This document shows positions 34,848 through 44,355 of a stretch of 64,000 nt of DNA, piece by piece. Both the position numbers and the translations under genes were made by a program. The notes beneath the pieces are model-generated. The model did no database searches. It worked only from the letters and a program-made list of their open reading frames with translations, and had not been told where the DNA came from. The DNA is from Alphaproteobacteria bacterium (GTDB lineage: Bacteria > Pseudomonadota > Alphaproteobacteria > MPNO01). Position 1 is the stretch's first letter. Each line of letters starts with the position of its first letter. The stretch covers positions 403,995 through 467,994 of the forward strand of contig CBDAUF010000002.1 of assembly GCA_965200535.1 (NCBI GenBank), read 5' to 3'.

Positions 34848-35690
34848 TTACAGCCCGAGAATCGACTCCGCGTTGCCGTGGAAGAATTTTTCCAGGAATG
34901 TGTCGCTGTAGCCGACCTGGCCCCATTCCTCGAACAGCCGCGGGTAAGGCATCGACGGGTAGTCGCTGCCGAACATGACCTTGTCCCTGAGGCGCGAGCG
35001 CATGTCGCGGAGCAGCGAGGCGGGGATGTATTTCGGCGCCCAGCCCGACATTTCCCAGAACACGTTGCCCTTGTGCAGCGCGACCGCGGTCATTTCCTCG
35101 ATCCACGGCCAGCCGGGATGTGCCGCCACGATGGTGAGCGTCGGGAAGTCCGCGGCGATGTCGTCGATCGACGACGGGTGGGCATGGCGGATCCTGGCGC
35201 CGAGACCCCCCGGCATCCCGGCGCCCATACCGGTGGTGCCGACATCGATCATCACCGGAACCCCCAGGGCGGCGATGGCTTCCCAAAGCGGGTAGAAGCG
35301 GCGTTCGTTGACCGCGAAATGGCCCATGATGGGGTGGAAGTGAAAGCCGAGCATCCCGAGATCCCCGACCGCATGCTCGGCCTCGGCGATGGCGGCCTCT
35401 CCCTTCAGGGGGTCGACCGCGCCCCATGCCTGGACGATGCGCTCCGGGTGGCGCTTCCACATGCCCGCGACGTAGTCGTTGGAGCATGGCGGGGTGCCCA
35501 CGGTGGTCTCCAGGTCGAGCGCCACCAGCACGGCATCGACGCCCGCCTCGGCGAAATCGCGGACCACCTCTTCTTCCTCTTTGGCGGTCCAGTCGCGTTT
35601 CCAGTACTCCGCCAGCGCCTCGACATAGGGCCCCTGGCAGTCGATCCAGGGCTGGGTGTTGGGATAGCAGTGCAGGTCGATTATGCGCAT
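34848..35690 (-). CDS. Amidohydrolase_2 (ACMSD / aryl-acid decarboxylase-like) family metal hydrolase
   Basis: MRIIDLHCYP..., HFHP, VAAHPGWPW and FGSDYP motifs. This is the only coding-looking part of the 953-aa track ORF 34848..37709. Confidence 0.75.
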   Translation of the reverse strand: MRIIDLHCYPNTQPWIDCQGPYVEALAEYWKRDWTAKEEEEVVRDFAEAGVDAVLVALDLETTVGTPPCSNDYVAGMWKRHPERIVQAWGAVDPLKGEAAIAEAEHAVGDLGMLGFHFHPIMGHFAVNERRFYPLWEAIAALGVPVMIDVGTTGMGAGMPGGLGARIRHAHPSSIDDIAADFPTLTIVAAHPGWPWIEEMTAVALHKGNVFWEMSGWAPKYIPASLLRDMRSRLRDKVMFGSDYPSMPYPRLFEEWGQVGYSDTFLEKFFHGNAESILGL

Positions 35691-35704
35691 CGATGGGCCC
35701 GCCG

Positions 35705-37354
35705 CTAACCGTCTGCCTCTGCCGCGAGCTTCGCGGAGATGGTCTCCACCAGGGTCTTCTTCGAGACCTTGCCGAAAGCGGAGACCGGGAAGCTGTCGAC
35801 GATCTCGATCCGCTCGGGCAGCTTGAAGCGGGCGATTTCCTTGGCCTCGAGGAACCGGACCAACTCGCCCAGTTCGACGCGCCCGCCCGGATGGAGGATC
35901 AGGTAGGCGCACATGCGCTCGCCGAGGCGGGCGTCGGGCATCGGAACGCACGCCACATTGCGCACCGCCGGGTGCATGAGGATCAGGTTTTCGATCTCCT
36001 CCGCCGAAATCTTCTCGCCGCCGCGGTTGATGAGGTCCTTGATCCGCCCTTCGACGATGTAGTTGCCGGACGGATGCTGGCGCAGGAGGTCGCCCGACCG
36101 GTAGAAGCCGTCGTTGGTGAAGGCCCGCGCGTTGTGTTCCTCCGCCGCGAAATAACCGCGCAGGGTGTAGGGGCCGCGCACGCAAAATTCGCCCACCTCG
36201 CCGAACGGCACCACGTTGTCGTCCTCGTCCAGCAGCATCACCTCGTCGTCCGCACACATCGGCTGACCCACCGTTTCGAGTTGCGCATCCTCGCTGTCGG
36301 TGCGCTTGACGAACATCAGCGTGCCCTCCGCCATGCCGAAATTCTCCTGCACGAAGGCGTTGGGATAGACCTCGCGCATCCTGCGCTTGACCTCGGGCTG
36401 GAGGCGCTGGCCGCCGCTGCCGATCATCCGCACCGACGACAGGTCGTGATCGGCGGCCGCGGGATCGTTGATCCAGCCGATATGCAGCGCCGGAACGCCG
36501 ATGACATGGGTGACGCGGTGCTTCTCGATCATCGCGAAGGCGTTCGGCGCCCGGGCGCTGGTCGACAACACCACCGCTGCACCGGAGAGCAGGTAGCCCT
36601 GCAATCCCGGGCAGGCGAGCGGCAGGTTGTGCGCGATCGGCAGCACGATCAGCAGGCGGGACTCCGGCGTCACCTCGGTTTCCCGCGCCGCCTGTTTCGA
36701 GTTGTAGGCGTAATCGTTGTGGCTGCGCGGGATCAGCTTGGGGATCCCGGTGGTGCCGCCGGACAACTGGAACACGGCGGGGTCGGCCGGATCGATATCG
36801 ATGGCGGCGAGCGCCCCGGCATCGAGCGGCGCCGGCCGTTCGATCAGCCGGTGCAGCGAGAGCGCCTCCCCCTCCGCGTCGCCCATGACGATGAGGTGTT
36901 TCAGATGGCTGTTTTCCGCCTGCACGCGCACCGCCATGGCGCGGTAGTCGAAGCCTCGTATGACATCCGGAACCACGCAGGCGGCGGCGCCCGAGAGCGC
37001 CGCGAACTGGTTGATTTCGGCGAATCGGTGAGTGACCAGCGCGGCGATGGGGATACAGCCGGCCTTCTGCAAGGCCACGTAGAGGACGGCGAACTCCCGC
37101 ACGTTGGGAAGCTGGACGACCACCCGGTCGAGCGGCTGCAGGCCCAACGCGACCAGGTTGAGCGCCAGGTTGGTCGACAGCCGGTCGAGTTCGCCGTAGG
37201 TGTACTGTCCGGTCTCGTCGATCACTGCCACACGGTCGGCAAATCTTTCCAGGCACGGCTGCAACTCCTCGCGCAGCGTGCGGTCTTCCCAGTACCCCTT
37301 TTCGCGGTAGATCTTCCGGAACTCCGGGGGAAAGGGAACGACGCCTTCCAGCAT
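35705..37354 (-). CDS. Aryl-acid adenylating enzyme (EntE/DhbE-like ANL-superfamily ligase)
   Basis: SGGTTGIPKLIPRSHNDYAYN, AHNLPLACPG, YRSGDL and GRIKDLINRGGEKISAEEIE. Collinear with 2,3-dihydroxybenzoate/salicylate-AMP ligases over its whole length. Confidence 0.85.
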   Translation of the reverse strand: MLEGVVPFPPEFRKIYREKGYWEDRTLREELQPCLERFADRVAVIDETGQYTYGELDRLSTNLALNLVALGLQPLDRVVVQLPNVREFAVLYVALQKAGCIPIAALVTHRFAEINQFAALSGAAACVVPDVIRGFDYRAMAVRVQAENSHLKHLIVMGDAEGEALSLHRLIERPAPLDAGALAAIDIDPADPAVFQLSGGTTGIPKLIPRSHNDYAYNSKQAARETEVTPESRLLIVLPIAHNLPLACPGLQGYLLSGAAVVLSTSARAPNAFAMIEKHRVTHVIGVPALHIGWINDPAAADHDLSSVRMIGSGGQRLQPEVKRRMREVYPNAFVQENFGMAEGTLMFVKRTDSEDAQLETVGQPMCADDEVMLLDEDDNVVPFGEVGEFCVRGPYTLRGYFAAEEHNARAFTNDGFYRSGDLLRQHPSGNYIVEGRIKDLINRGGEKISAEEIENLILMHPAVRNVACVPMPDARLGERMCAYLILHPGGRVELGELVRFLEAKEIARFKLPERIEIVDSFPVSAFGKVSKKTLVETISAKLAAEADG

Positions 37355-37372
37355 GACGGCCTCCCGGGCGGT

Positions 37373-38137
37373 TCAGGTGACGGCGGTAAAGCCGCCGTCG
37401 ATGACGACGATGTGGCCGGTGACGAACCTGTTGCCCTCGATCAGGCCGAGCATGGTCTCCGCCACGTCCTCCGCGGTGGCGATCCGCTTCAGAGGCGTGT
37501 AGCGCGCCCGCCGCGCCATCAGCCCTTCGTAATTCCCGGCCAGAGTGCGCTCCATCCACTCGCCTTCCATCCAGCCGGGGGCCACCGCGTTGACCCTGAT
37601 CTCGGGGCCAAGCGCGCCAGCCAGCGTCTGCGTCAGATTGGCCACCGCCGCCTTGCTGGCGGCGTAGGGCAGCGGCTGCGGGCCGGGCCGCAGCCCGGCG
37701 ATGGAGCACGTGTTGACGATGCAGGGATCGGAGGATTTGCGCAGCAGGGGCACGGCGGCGCGGGTGACCTGGAACAGGCCGCGCACGTTGACGGCGAAGA
37801 CGCGGTCCCAGGCGTCGAGATCGACGCCGTCCATGTCCTTCGGTCCGGTCTCGACGGTGGTGCCGGCGTTGTTGATCAGGACATCGAGGCGGCCGAAAGC
37901 GTCCTCGCAGGCGGCGAGCATAGCCTTGACGCCGGCGTCATCGGCGACATCGCACCTGACCGCGAACGCCTTTGCGCCCTCCGCTGTGCAGGCGGCCACC
38001 GTCTCCTCCGCGCGCGCCCCGGAGGCCGCGTAGTTGACGGCGACGTCGTAGCCCGCGCGGGCGAGCGCCACGGCCGCCGCGGCGCCGATGCCGCTCGACG
38101 ATCCGGTCACCAGTGCAGCCCGCCGTTCGCCGTTCAT
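37373..38137 (-). CDS. Short-chain dehydrogenase/reductase (FabG/EntA-like)
   Basis: TGSSSGIG cofactor motif and YAASKAA catalytic motif. The internal ATG 38137 was chosen as the start. Confidence 0.85.
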   Translation of the reverse strand: MNGERRAALVTGSSSGIGAAAAVALARAGYDVAVNYAASGARAEETVAACTAEGAKAFAVRCDVADDAGVKAMLAACEDAFGRLDVLINNAGTTVETGPKDMDGVDLDAWDRVFAVNVRGLFQVTRAAVPLLRKSSDPCIVNTCSIAGLRPGPQPLPYAASKAAVANLTQTLAGALGPEIRVNAVAPGWMEGEWMERTLAGNYEGLMARRARYTPLKRIATAEDVAETMLGLIEGNRFVTGHIVVIDGGFTAVT

Positions 38138-38262
38138 GCAGAAACTCCGGGATCGGGGAAAAGGCTCGGAAGCCAATCGGTCGACCGGCGGCCAGTATTC
38201 TAGCCGGGAGCGGCGCGGTCAATTTGCCGCGGATCGGGGCCGCCCTCCATCGGCCGGGCGCA

Positions 38263-39000
38263 TCACCGCCGCCGCTTTCCGGCGAGGGCCGCGATCATTT
38301 CCCGGTATCGCGCGGACAGCCTTGCCGCCGGGCTGCCGGGGTCGGCGGCGCAGGCCGCACACATGTTGAGGCTGGTATAGGGAGCAGGCCGAACGTTGAC
38401 CGCCCGGGCGATCTGCGCCTGCTCCTCCCCGGTTTGCGGGAGAAGCGATTCCCCGCCTTCGATGCGGCGGCGCATCTCCGCCTCGTCGCCGCCGGCGCGG
38501 CGCAGCATCAGATCGAATGTCGCGCGCTCGAACGCGGCCGCTTCCTCGTAGTGCGCCGCGACGCAGCACCGGGGAAAGCCGAGAAGCCGGGCCTCCTGCG
38601 CGACGGTCGGACGCCCGCCGGAGGCGGCGAGCGCCTTGACCTCTTCCGCAACGGCGCGGGCCCTGGCGACGTAGTGCGCCCGTCCGCCCTCGATCCGGGT
38701 TCGGGACGGGGCGGTGAACCACTCCGGCAGGTCGGAGGCTGCCGGTTCCGCCTGCCAGTAGGGTCCGGGCACGACGTGGAGCCGGTTCGCCGCCGCGAGA
38801 TCGAGCACCACCGCACACCAGCCGTCGTGGTCGAACCCGCGGCCCGACACGTAGACCGGTTTGATCCCCGCCATCGCCGCAACGAAATCGATCGCTTCCT
38901 GTTCGGCTGTCCGGTGGATGTAGCGGTCCGACCAGTCGATCTTCGCCGTATGGAGCTTTCTCAGCGCCGAACGCAGCCTGGGCTTGTCCGGCAGCCTCAC
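38263..39000 (-). CDS. Hypothetical Cys-rich protein (no family recognised)
   Basis: 245 aa. The GTG start overlaps the MFS stop (GTGA at 38997-39000). Motifs GFPRCCVAAHY and NMCAACAADP. Confidence 0.5.
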   Translation of the reverse strand: MRLPDKPRLRSALRKLHTAKIDWSDRYIHRTAEQEAIDFVAAMAGIKPVYVSGRGFDHDGWCAVVLDLAAANRLHVVPGPYWQAEPAASDLPEWFTAPSRTRIEGGRAHYVARARAVAEEVKALAASGGRPTVAQEARLLGFPRCCVAAHYEEAAAFERATFDLMLRRAGGDEAEMRRRIEGGESLLPQTGEEQAQIARAVNVRPAPYTSLNMCAACAADPGSPAARLSARYREMIAALAGKRRR

Positions 39001-40535
39001 GGGCCTGCCCTCCGCCGCCGCGGAGGCCCGGCGGTGCGCAACAACGCGACCAGCGGAATCGTTGCCAGGGCCGCGATGGCGATGGCGTGAAAGTCGTTGG
39101 CAAACCCGATCGCCTGCGCCTGGCGGAAGATCTCGCTGTCGAGCGACGCCAGGCCCGCGGGCGTCGAGAGATCCCAGTCCTGCGGCAGGTAGGGGGGAAG
39201 GGCGCCCTCGCTGTAGGGGTTCACCCGCCACGAAATCTCACCGTGCGAGACCGTCCGGGTGCGGCTCAGAATCGCAACGACGATGGAAACGCCGACCCCG
39301 GAGCCGTAGTTGCGCGCCAGGCTGGTCAGGGTGGACGCCTCCGTCCTGTGGCGCGCCGGCAGGGTCTCGAAACAGATCACGGTGAGCGGCACCCAGATGA
39401 AGCCGATGCCCAGCCCGTTGACGAATGCCGCCACGGAGACATCGTAGAGGTCGACATCGGGCGAGAACGTCGAAAGATCATAGGACGAGACGGCGACGCA
39501 GGCGAAGCCCAGCGCTGCGACCAGCCTGCCGTCCACGCGGCGGGCCAGCCATCCGGCGAGCAGGAGCGAGACGAAGGTGCCGAGGCCGCGCGGCGCCATC
39601 ACGAACCCGGCGGTCATCACCGGAAGCCCGCGGAGCGCCTGCAGGAACAAGGGCAGGATCACGTTGAGGGCGAGTACGCAGACGCCGAGCAGGAACATGA
39701 AAAAGAGGCCGAGCACGAGGTTCCGATCGGACAGGATGCCGCGCGAGATGAAGGGATTGTCGGTGGTCAGGGAATGGGCGGCGAAGATGTAGAAGCCGAG
39801 CACGACGACCGCCGCCTCGATGACGATCTCGGGCGACTCGAACCAGCCCTTGAGTTCGCCGCGGTCGAGCAGGAGTTGCAGCGCGGCGAGCGCGCAGGCG
39901 AGGGCGACGAAGCCGAACAGATCGAACGGACGGTCTTCCTTGGCGAGCGTCTCGCGCATGAACGCGAGCCCGAGCGCGAGGCCGGCGAGGGCAAAGGGAA
40001 TGCCGATGAAGAAGATCCACTGCCAGCCATAGTTCTCGGTGACGAAACCGCCGACCACCGGCCCCATGACCGGGGCGAACATCACTCCGGTTCCCCAGAT
40101 CGCAAGCGCCGCGCCGTGCCGTTCGGGCGGGTAGTTGTCGAGCATCAGCGCCTGGGAGATCGGGATCACCGGCGCGCTCATCGCTCCCTGGAAGGCGCGG
40201 TAGACGAGGATCTCGGGCAGCGATGTCGCGCTTCCCGACAACAGCGAAAAGCCCATGAAACCGGTGAGGGCGAGCAGGAAGGTGCGCTTGCGCCCGATAC
40301 GGTCCGCCACCCAGCCGGTGCATGCCGTGGACACCGCCTGACAGACGAAATAGGTGGTCATCACCCAGCCGATCTGGTCCTGGCTGGCGCCCAGGCTTCC
40401 CTGCATGTGAGGCAGCGCGATCGAGGCGATGGTCATGTCGAGAATGACGACCGTGGTCGCCATCATCACCGCGACGGTAACCATCGAACGCGCCAGGTCG
40501 GACCGGGGCGGGTCCGGCCCTGCGGCCGACGTCAT
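38997..40535 (-). CDS. DHA2-family (EmrB/QacA-type, 14-TMS) MFS efflux permease
   Basis: MFS motif A GWVADRIGRKR, about 512 aa. ATG 40535 overlaps the HlyD stop (ATGA). Confidence 0.85.
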   Translation of the reverse strand: MTSAAGPDPPRSDLARSMVTVAVMMATTVVILDMTIASIALPHMQGSLGASQDQIGWVMTTYFVCQAVSTACTGWVADRIGRKRTFLLALTGFMGFSLLSGSATSLPEILVYRAFQGAMSAPVIPISQALMLDNYPPERHGAALAIWGTGVMFAPVMGPVVGGFVTENYGWQWIFFIGIPFALAGLALGLAFMRETLAKEDRPFDLFGFVALACALAALQLLLDRGELKGWFESPEIVIEAAVVVLGFYIFAAHSLTTDNPFISRGILSDRNLVLGLFFMFLLGVCVLALNVILPLFLQALRGLPVMTAGFVMAPRGLGTFVSLLLAGWLARRVDGRLVAALGFACVAVSSYDLSTFSPDVDLYDVSVAAFVNGLGIGFIWVPLTVICFETLPARHRTEASTLTSLARNYGSGVGVSIVVAILSRTRTVSHGEISWRVNPYSEGALPPYLPQDWDLSTPAGLASLDSEIFRQAQAIGFANDFHAIAIAALATIPLVALLRTAGPPRRRRAGP

Positions 40536-41593
40536 TCGCCCGGAGCCATGAACGCGAGGGCCGAGCCGAAGAAATCGAACAGCGAAATGTCGCGTTTGGT
40601 GTCGATGCTGACCGACACCGTGACACCCGCCGGCATGTCGAACGGCCGCCCGGTCGCGTCGTCGATCTCTATCCGCACCGGCACCCGCTGGACGATCTTG
40701 ACCCAGTTCCCGGAAGCGTTCTGCGGCGGCAGGACGGAGAGTTCGGCGCCTGTCGACGGGCTGATGCTTGCAACCCGCGCCCGCCACGAGAGGTCCGGAT
40801 AGGCGTCGACGACAATCTCCGCCTCCTGCCCGACCTCGACGTGGGTCAGCTGGGTCTCCTTCAGGTTGGCCTCGACCCAGGCGCCGGCGGTCTGGATCAG
40901 CGGCATGACCGCTTCGCCCGCCTCGACATACTCGCCGCCCTGCAGCCGGATCCGTCCGATGGCGCCGTCCGCGGGCGCGTGGATCACGGTGCGCTTCATA
41001 TCGATTTCGGCGCGGTCGCGCGCCGCCAGCGCGTGGAGAAACTGCGGGCTGTCTTCGGCTCTGAGTTCGGGGTTGCCGCCGAGGCTGGCGAGGATACGGA
41101 GACCCTTCTGGCGGATCGTTCTGGCCCGCTGGCGGGCCGCTGCCAGCTTCTGTTCGGCCTCCTCGAACCGTGCGCGCGAGGCGTGACCTCGCCCGGAGAG
41201 CGACCTCAGGCGATCGAAGACGCGCTTGTGGTAGGCGATCTCCTGTTCGGCCTCCTCGAGCTCGGTCTGGGCGCCGCGATAGGAGGCGCGGAGCGCGTGG
41301 ATCTCGTTTCTGACCAACGCCAGCCTCGCATCGGCCTCGGCCAGGGCGACGCGGAAAGGCGCCGGGTCGATGGAAAAGATCGGATCGCCCGTCTGCACGA
41401 GCGCGTTCTCCCGCACGAACACGTCGGCGACCCGGCCCGATATTTCCGCGCTGATGCGGATCAGGTTGGTCTTCACATAGGCGTTTTCGGTTGTCACGTA
41501 GCGGCCTGCGGCGACCCAGAAATGCGCGCCTGCGGCAATAGCCGCCCCCGGCACGACGACGAGCAGGAGTATGCGCAGCAGTCCGCGCTTCAC
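40532..41593 (-). CDS. HlyD/EmrA-family membrane fusion (periplasmic adaptor) protein
   Basis: N-terminal TM segment (LLRILLLVVVPGAAIAAGA), a coiled-coil middle and a beta-barrel C-terminus. GTG 41593 was chosen. The upstream start at 41671 (track ORF start) is an alternative. Confidence 0.8.
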   Translation of the reverse strand: MKRGLLRILLLVVVPGAAIAAGAHFWVAAGRYVTTENAYVKTNLIRISAEISGRVADVFVRENALVQTGDPIFSIDPAPFRVALAEADARLALVRNEIHALRASYRGAQTELEEAEQEIAYHKRVFDRLRSLSGRGHASRARFEEAEQKLAAARQRARTIRQKGLRILASLGGNPELRAEDSPQFLHALAARDRAEIDMKRTVIHAPADGAIGRIRLQGGEYVEAGEAVMPLIQTAGAWVEANLKETQLTHVEVGQEAEIVVDAYPDLSWRARVASISPSTGAELSVLPPQNASGNWVKIVQRVPVRIEIDDATGRPFDMPAGVTVSVSIDTKRDISLFDFFGSALAFMAPGE

Positions 41594-41802
41594 CGCCTCT
41601 ACCCCTTCCCCTGTCCGGCCCGCCGCAAGCCGGCGGTTTCCCGGATCGAACCCAGGTTCGCCAGAGTACAAGTATTCTCCACGACCGGCAAAGCGCGCGG
41701 CCGCGACGAATGCGACGGGACGGATGTGCGGACGGATGTTGTCTGCCGGCCGGACGACCGTATTATTGCACCGGATCGGAGGCGGGCGGCGCGAGAGGGA
41801 AG

Positions 41803-42648
41803 ATGGGTTTCCGCATCGACAGACTTCACGACTCCATCGGCGCCGAGATTGTCGGCGTCGATCTCGCGAAACCGTTGTCCGACGCCGAAACCGCCCGCAT
41901 CGAGAGCGCGTGGCTCGAGCACATCGTGCTCGTCTTCCGCGGCCAGAAACTCGATCAGGACGCGCAGCTCCGGTTCGCGGCGCAGTTCGGCGTGGTCGGC
42001 GAACGGTCGCGGCCGGCGGCGCTCAGGCCCGAGGGCGCCGATTTCCACCCGGCGATCATCTTGGTCTCCAATATTCGCGAGAACGGCCGGCCGATCGGCT
42101 CCCTGCCCGACGGCGAGATGTGGTTCCACCACGACATGTGCTACGTGGCCGAGCCGTACCGGGGCACCATGCTCCACGCGCTCGAGATCCCGACGACCGG
42201 CGGCAACACCCTGTTCGCCAACATGTATGCGGCCTACGACCGTCTCGACCCCGCCACCAGGGCGCGGATCGCCGGTCTGCAGGCGCTCCAGATTTACAAC
42301 TACTCGGTTACCGAACGGGTTTCGCTGGACAGCGATCTGGACGCATACCCGCACTGCGTCCAGCCGGTCGCGATCGCCCATCCGAGGACCGGGCGCAAGG
42401 CGCTCTACGTCAATCCGCTGATGACGGCTCGTATCGAGGGGCTGCCGGCGGCGGAGAGCGACGCGCTGCTTGAGGAGTTGTTCGCGTTTACCGGCGACCG
42501 CGGGCTCATCTACGAGCATGTCTGGCGCGAGGGCGATCTGGTGATGTGGGACAACTGGTGTTCGTGCCACGCGCGCACCGATTTTCCGGCAACCGAACGC
42601 CGGCTGCTCCGGCGCTGCACCATCCTCGGCGAAGCGCTGGCGGAATAG
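41803..42648 (+). CDS. TauD/TfdA-family Fe(II)/2-oxoglutarate dioxygenase
   Basis: GAGAGGGA RBS. HxD in WFHHDMCY, and a distal His/Arg in CSCHARTDF. Confidence 0.8.
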   Translation: MGFRIDRLHDSIGAEIVGVDLAKPLSDAETARIESAWLEHIVLVFRGQKLDQDAQLRFAAQFGVVGERSRPAALRPEGADFHPAIILVSNIRENGRPIGSLPDGEMWFHHDMCYVAEPYRGTMLHALEIPTTGGNTLFANMYAAYDRLDPATRARIAGLQALQIYNYSVTERVSLDSDLDAYPHCVQPVAIAHPRTGRKALYVNPLMTARIEGLPAAESDALLEELFAFTGDRGLIYEHVWREGDLVMWDNWCSCHARTDFPATERRLLRRCTILGEALAE

Positions 42649-42659
42649 GAGGCCATGAA

Positions 42660-43505
42660 ATGGCGTTCAGAACGAAAATGCTGTCTCCGCATATCGGCGT
42701 CGAGGTCATCGGGCTCGACCTCTCCAGCAGGCCCGACGAGTCGACGATCGGACGGCTCTACGATCTCTGGCTCGACAGGCTTCTGGTGGTCTTCCGCGGC
42801 CAGTCGCTGACCCAGGAGACGTTGCTGGAGGTCACCGGGTATTTCGGCGAGCCCGGGGCCAATGCGCGGCCGAAGGAATACCGCACCTCGGGGCAGCACG
42901 AAATGCTGCCCGGCATCATGCTCATCAGCAACGTGCGGGCGAACGGCGAGCCCATCGGCGCGCTGCCCGACGGCGACATGATGTTCCACCACGACATGAT
43001 CCACGCCGACATCCCGGACAAGGCGACCTGCCTCTACGCCGTCGAGATCCCGTCGGAGGGCGGCGAGACCCTGTTCGCCAGCGGCTACGCCGCCTATGAG
43101 ACGCTCGATCCCGCGTTCCGCGATGGGCTCGAGGGGAAGTGCGCCTTCCACCATTACAATTACGGCTCGCAGCACCGCGGAGACGATATCGGCACGCCGG
43201 CTTTCTCGGAGTCCCGGCACCCCGTCTTTCGCACCCATCCCGAGACCGGCCGCAAGGCGGTCTATGTCGATCGCCTGATCACCATGTCGATCGACGGCAT
43301 GGCGGAGAACGCAAGCGATGCCGCCCTGACCCGGCTGTTCGACCATTCGGAGCAGGACGGGTTCGTCTACGAACATGTCTGGCAGGAGGGCGACCTGCTG
43401 CTCTGGGACAACCGGTGCTCGATGCACGCCCGGCGGGATTTCCCCTCCGCCGAGCGGCGGCTCCTGTGGCGTACCACGGTGAAGAGCGACGAGCGGCCGG
43501 TCTGA
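42660..43505 (+). CDS. TauD/TfdA-family Fe(II)/2-oxoglutarate dioxygenase (paralogue)
   Basis: AGGAGG RBS at 42647-42652. MFHHDMIH and CSMHARRDF. Collinear with the upstream paralogue. Confidence 0.8.
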   Translation: MAFRTKMLSPHIGVEVIGLDLSSRPDESTIGRLYDLWLDRLLVVFRGQSLTQETLLEVTGYFGEPGANARPKEYRTSGQHEMLPGIMLISNVRANGEPIGALPDGDMMFHHDMIHADIPDKATCLYAVEIPSEGGETLFASGYAAYETLDPAFRDGLEGKCAFHHYNYGSQHRGDDIGTPAFSESRHPVFRTHPETGRKAVYVDRLITMSIDGMAENASDAALTRLFDHSEQDGFVYEHVWQEGDLLLWDNRCSMHARRDFPSAERRLLWRTTVKSDERPV

Positions 43506-43517
43506 GGGAGAGGCTTC

Positions 43518-44330
43518 GTGGGCAAGGCGCTGAGCGCCGTTCAGGTCGAGGCCTACCGGCGGGACGGCTTCGTATTCCCGGTCCGGATCATGGAGCGCGC
43601 GGAGGCGGACGCCCTGCACCGGCGGTTCGACGCGCTCGAGGCCGAGACCGGGGCCGAATTGCAGAGCCGGTTCAAGATCAAGGCGCACCTGCCGCTGACC
43701 TGGCTCAACGACCTGGTGCGAAACCCCGTCATGCTCGATGCGGTGGAGGACCTGATCGGCCCCGATATCCTGTGCTGGGGCTCGAGCTTCTTCACCAAGC
43801 GGGCGCACGACCCCCGCTTCGTCTCGTGGCATCAGGACTCGACCTATTACGGGCTGCGCCCCGCCGAGACCGTCACCACGTGGGTTGCGTTCACCGACAG
43901 CAAGATCGAGTCCGGCTGTGTCCGCTTCGTTCCCGGAACCCACAGGGGCGGGATCCTGGATCACGAGGAGACGATGGACCCCGAAAACCTGCTGATGAAA
44001 GGCCAGACTATCAACGGGATCGACGAGACCCGGGCCGTCGATTGCGAGCTTTCCCCCGGCGAGATCTCGATCCATCACGAATCGGTGGTGCACGGGTCGA
44101 ACGCCAACACGTCCGCCCGCCCGCGGATCGGCCTGTCGATCCACTATATCGCCCCGCACGTGCGCCAGACGGCGTTCGACGACGCGACCGCGCTGGTGGT
44201 GCGGGGGCGCGACACCCACGGCCACTGGAAACCCGAACCCGAGCCTCGGCGCGATCTCGATCCGGTCTGCCTCGCCGCCCTCGACGAGGTTTATGCGCAG
44301 TACCGGAGCGGGCGGGGCAAGCGCGTCTGA
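43518..44330 (+). CDS. Phytanoyl-CoA dioxygenase (PhyH) family Fe(II)/2OG oxygenase
   Basis: SWHQDSTYY (HxD) and IHHESVVHGS. 270 aa with a GTG start. Confidence 0.8.
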   Translation: MGKALSAVQVEAYRRDGFVFPVRIMERAEADALHRRFDALEAETGAELQSRFKIKAHLPLTWLNDLVRNPVMLDAVEDLIGPDILCWGSSFFTKRAHDPRFVSWHQDSTYYGLRPAETVTTWVAFTDSKIESGCVRFVPGTHRGGILDHEETMDPENLLMKGQTINGIDETRAVDCELSPGEISIHHESVVHGSNANTSARPRIGLSIHYIAPHVRQTAFDDATALVVRGRDTHGHWKPEPEPRRDLDPVCLAALDEVYAQYRSGRGKRV

Positions 44331-44355
44331 CGGGGCGGGACGGCGGTTCCCGGGC

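Noticed and set aside
34848-37709. A 953-aa track ORF on the minus strand spanning the amidohydrolase, ligase and part of the SDR region.
   Set aside because: Only the last 280 codons (34848-35690, starting MRIIDLHCYP) look like a protein. The upstream part is out of frame with the clear EntE-like ligase ORF (35705..37354) and is low-complexity.
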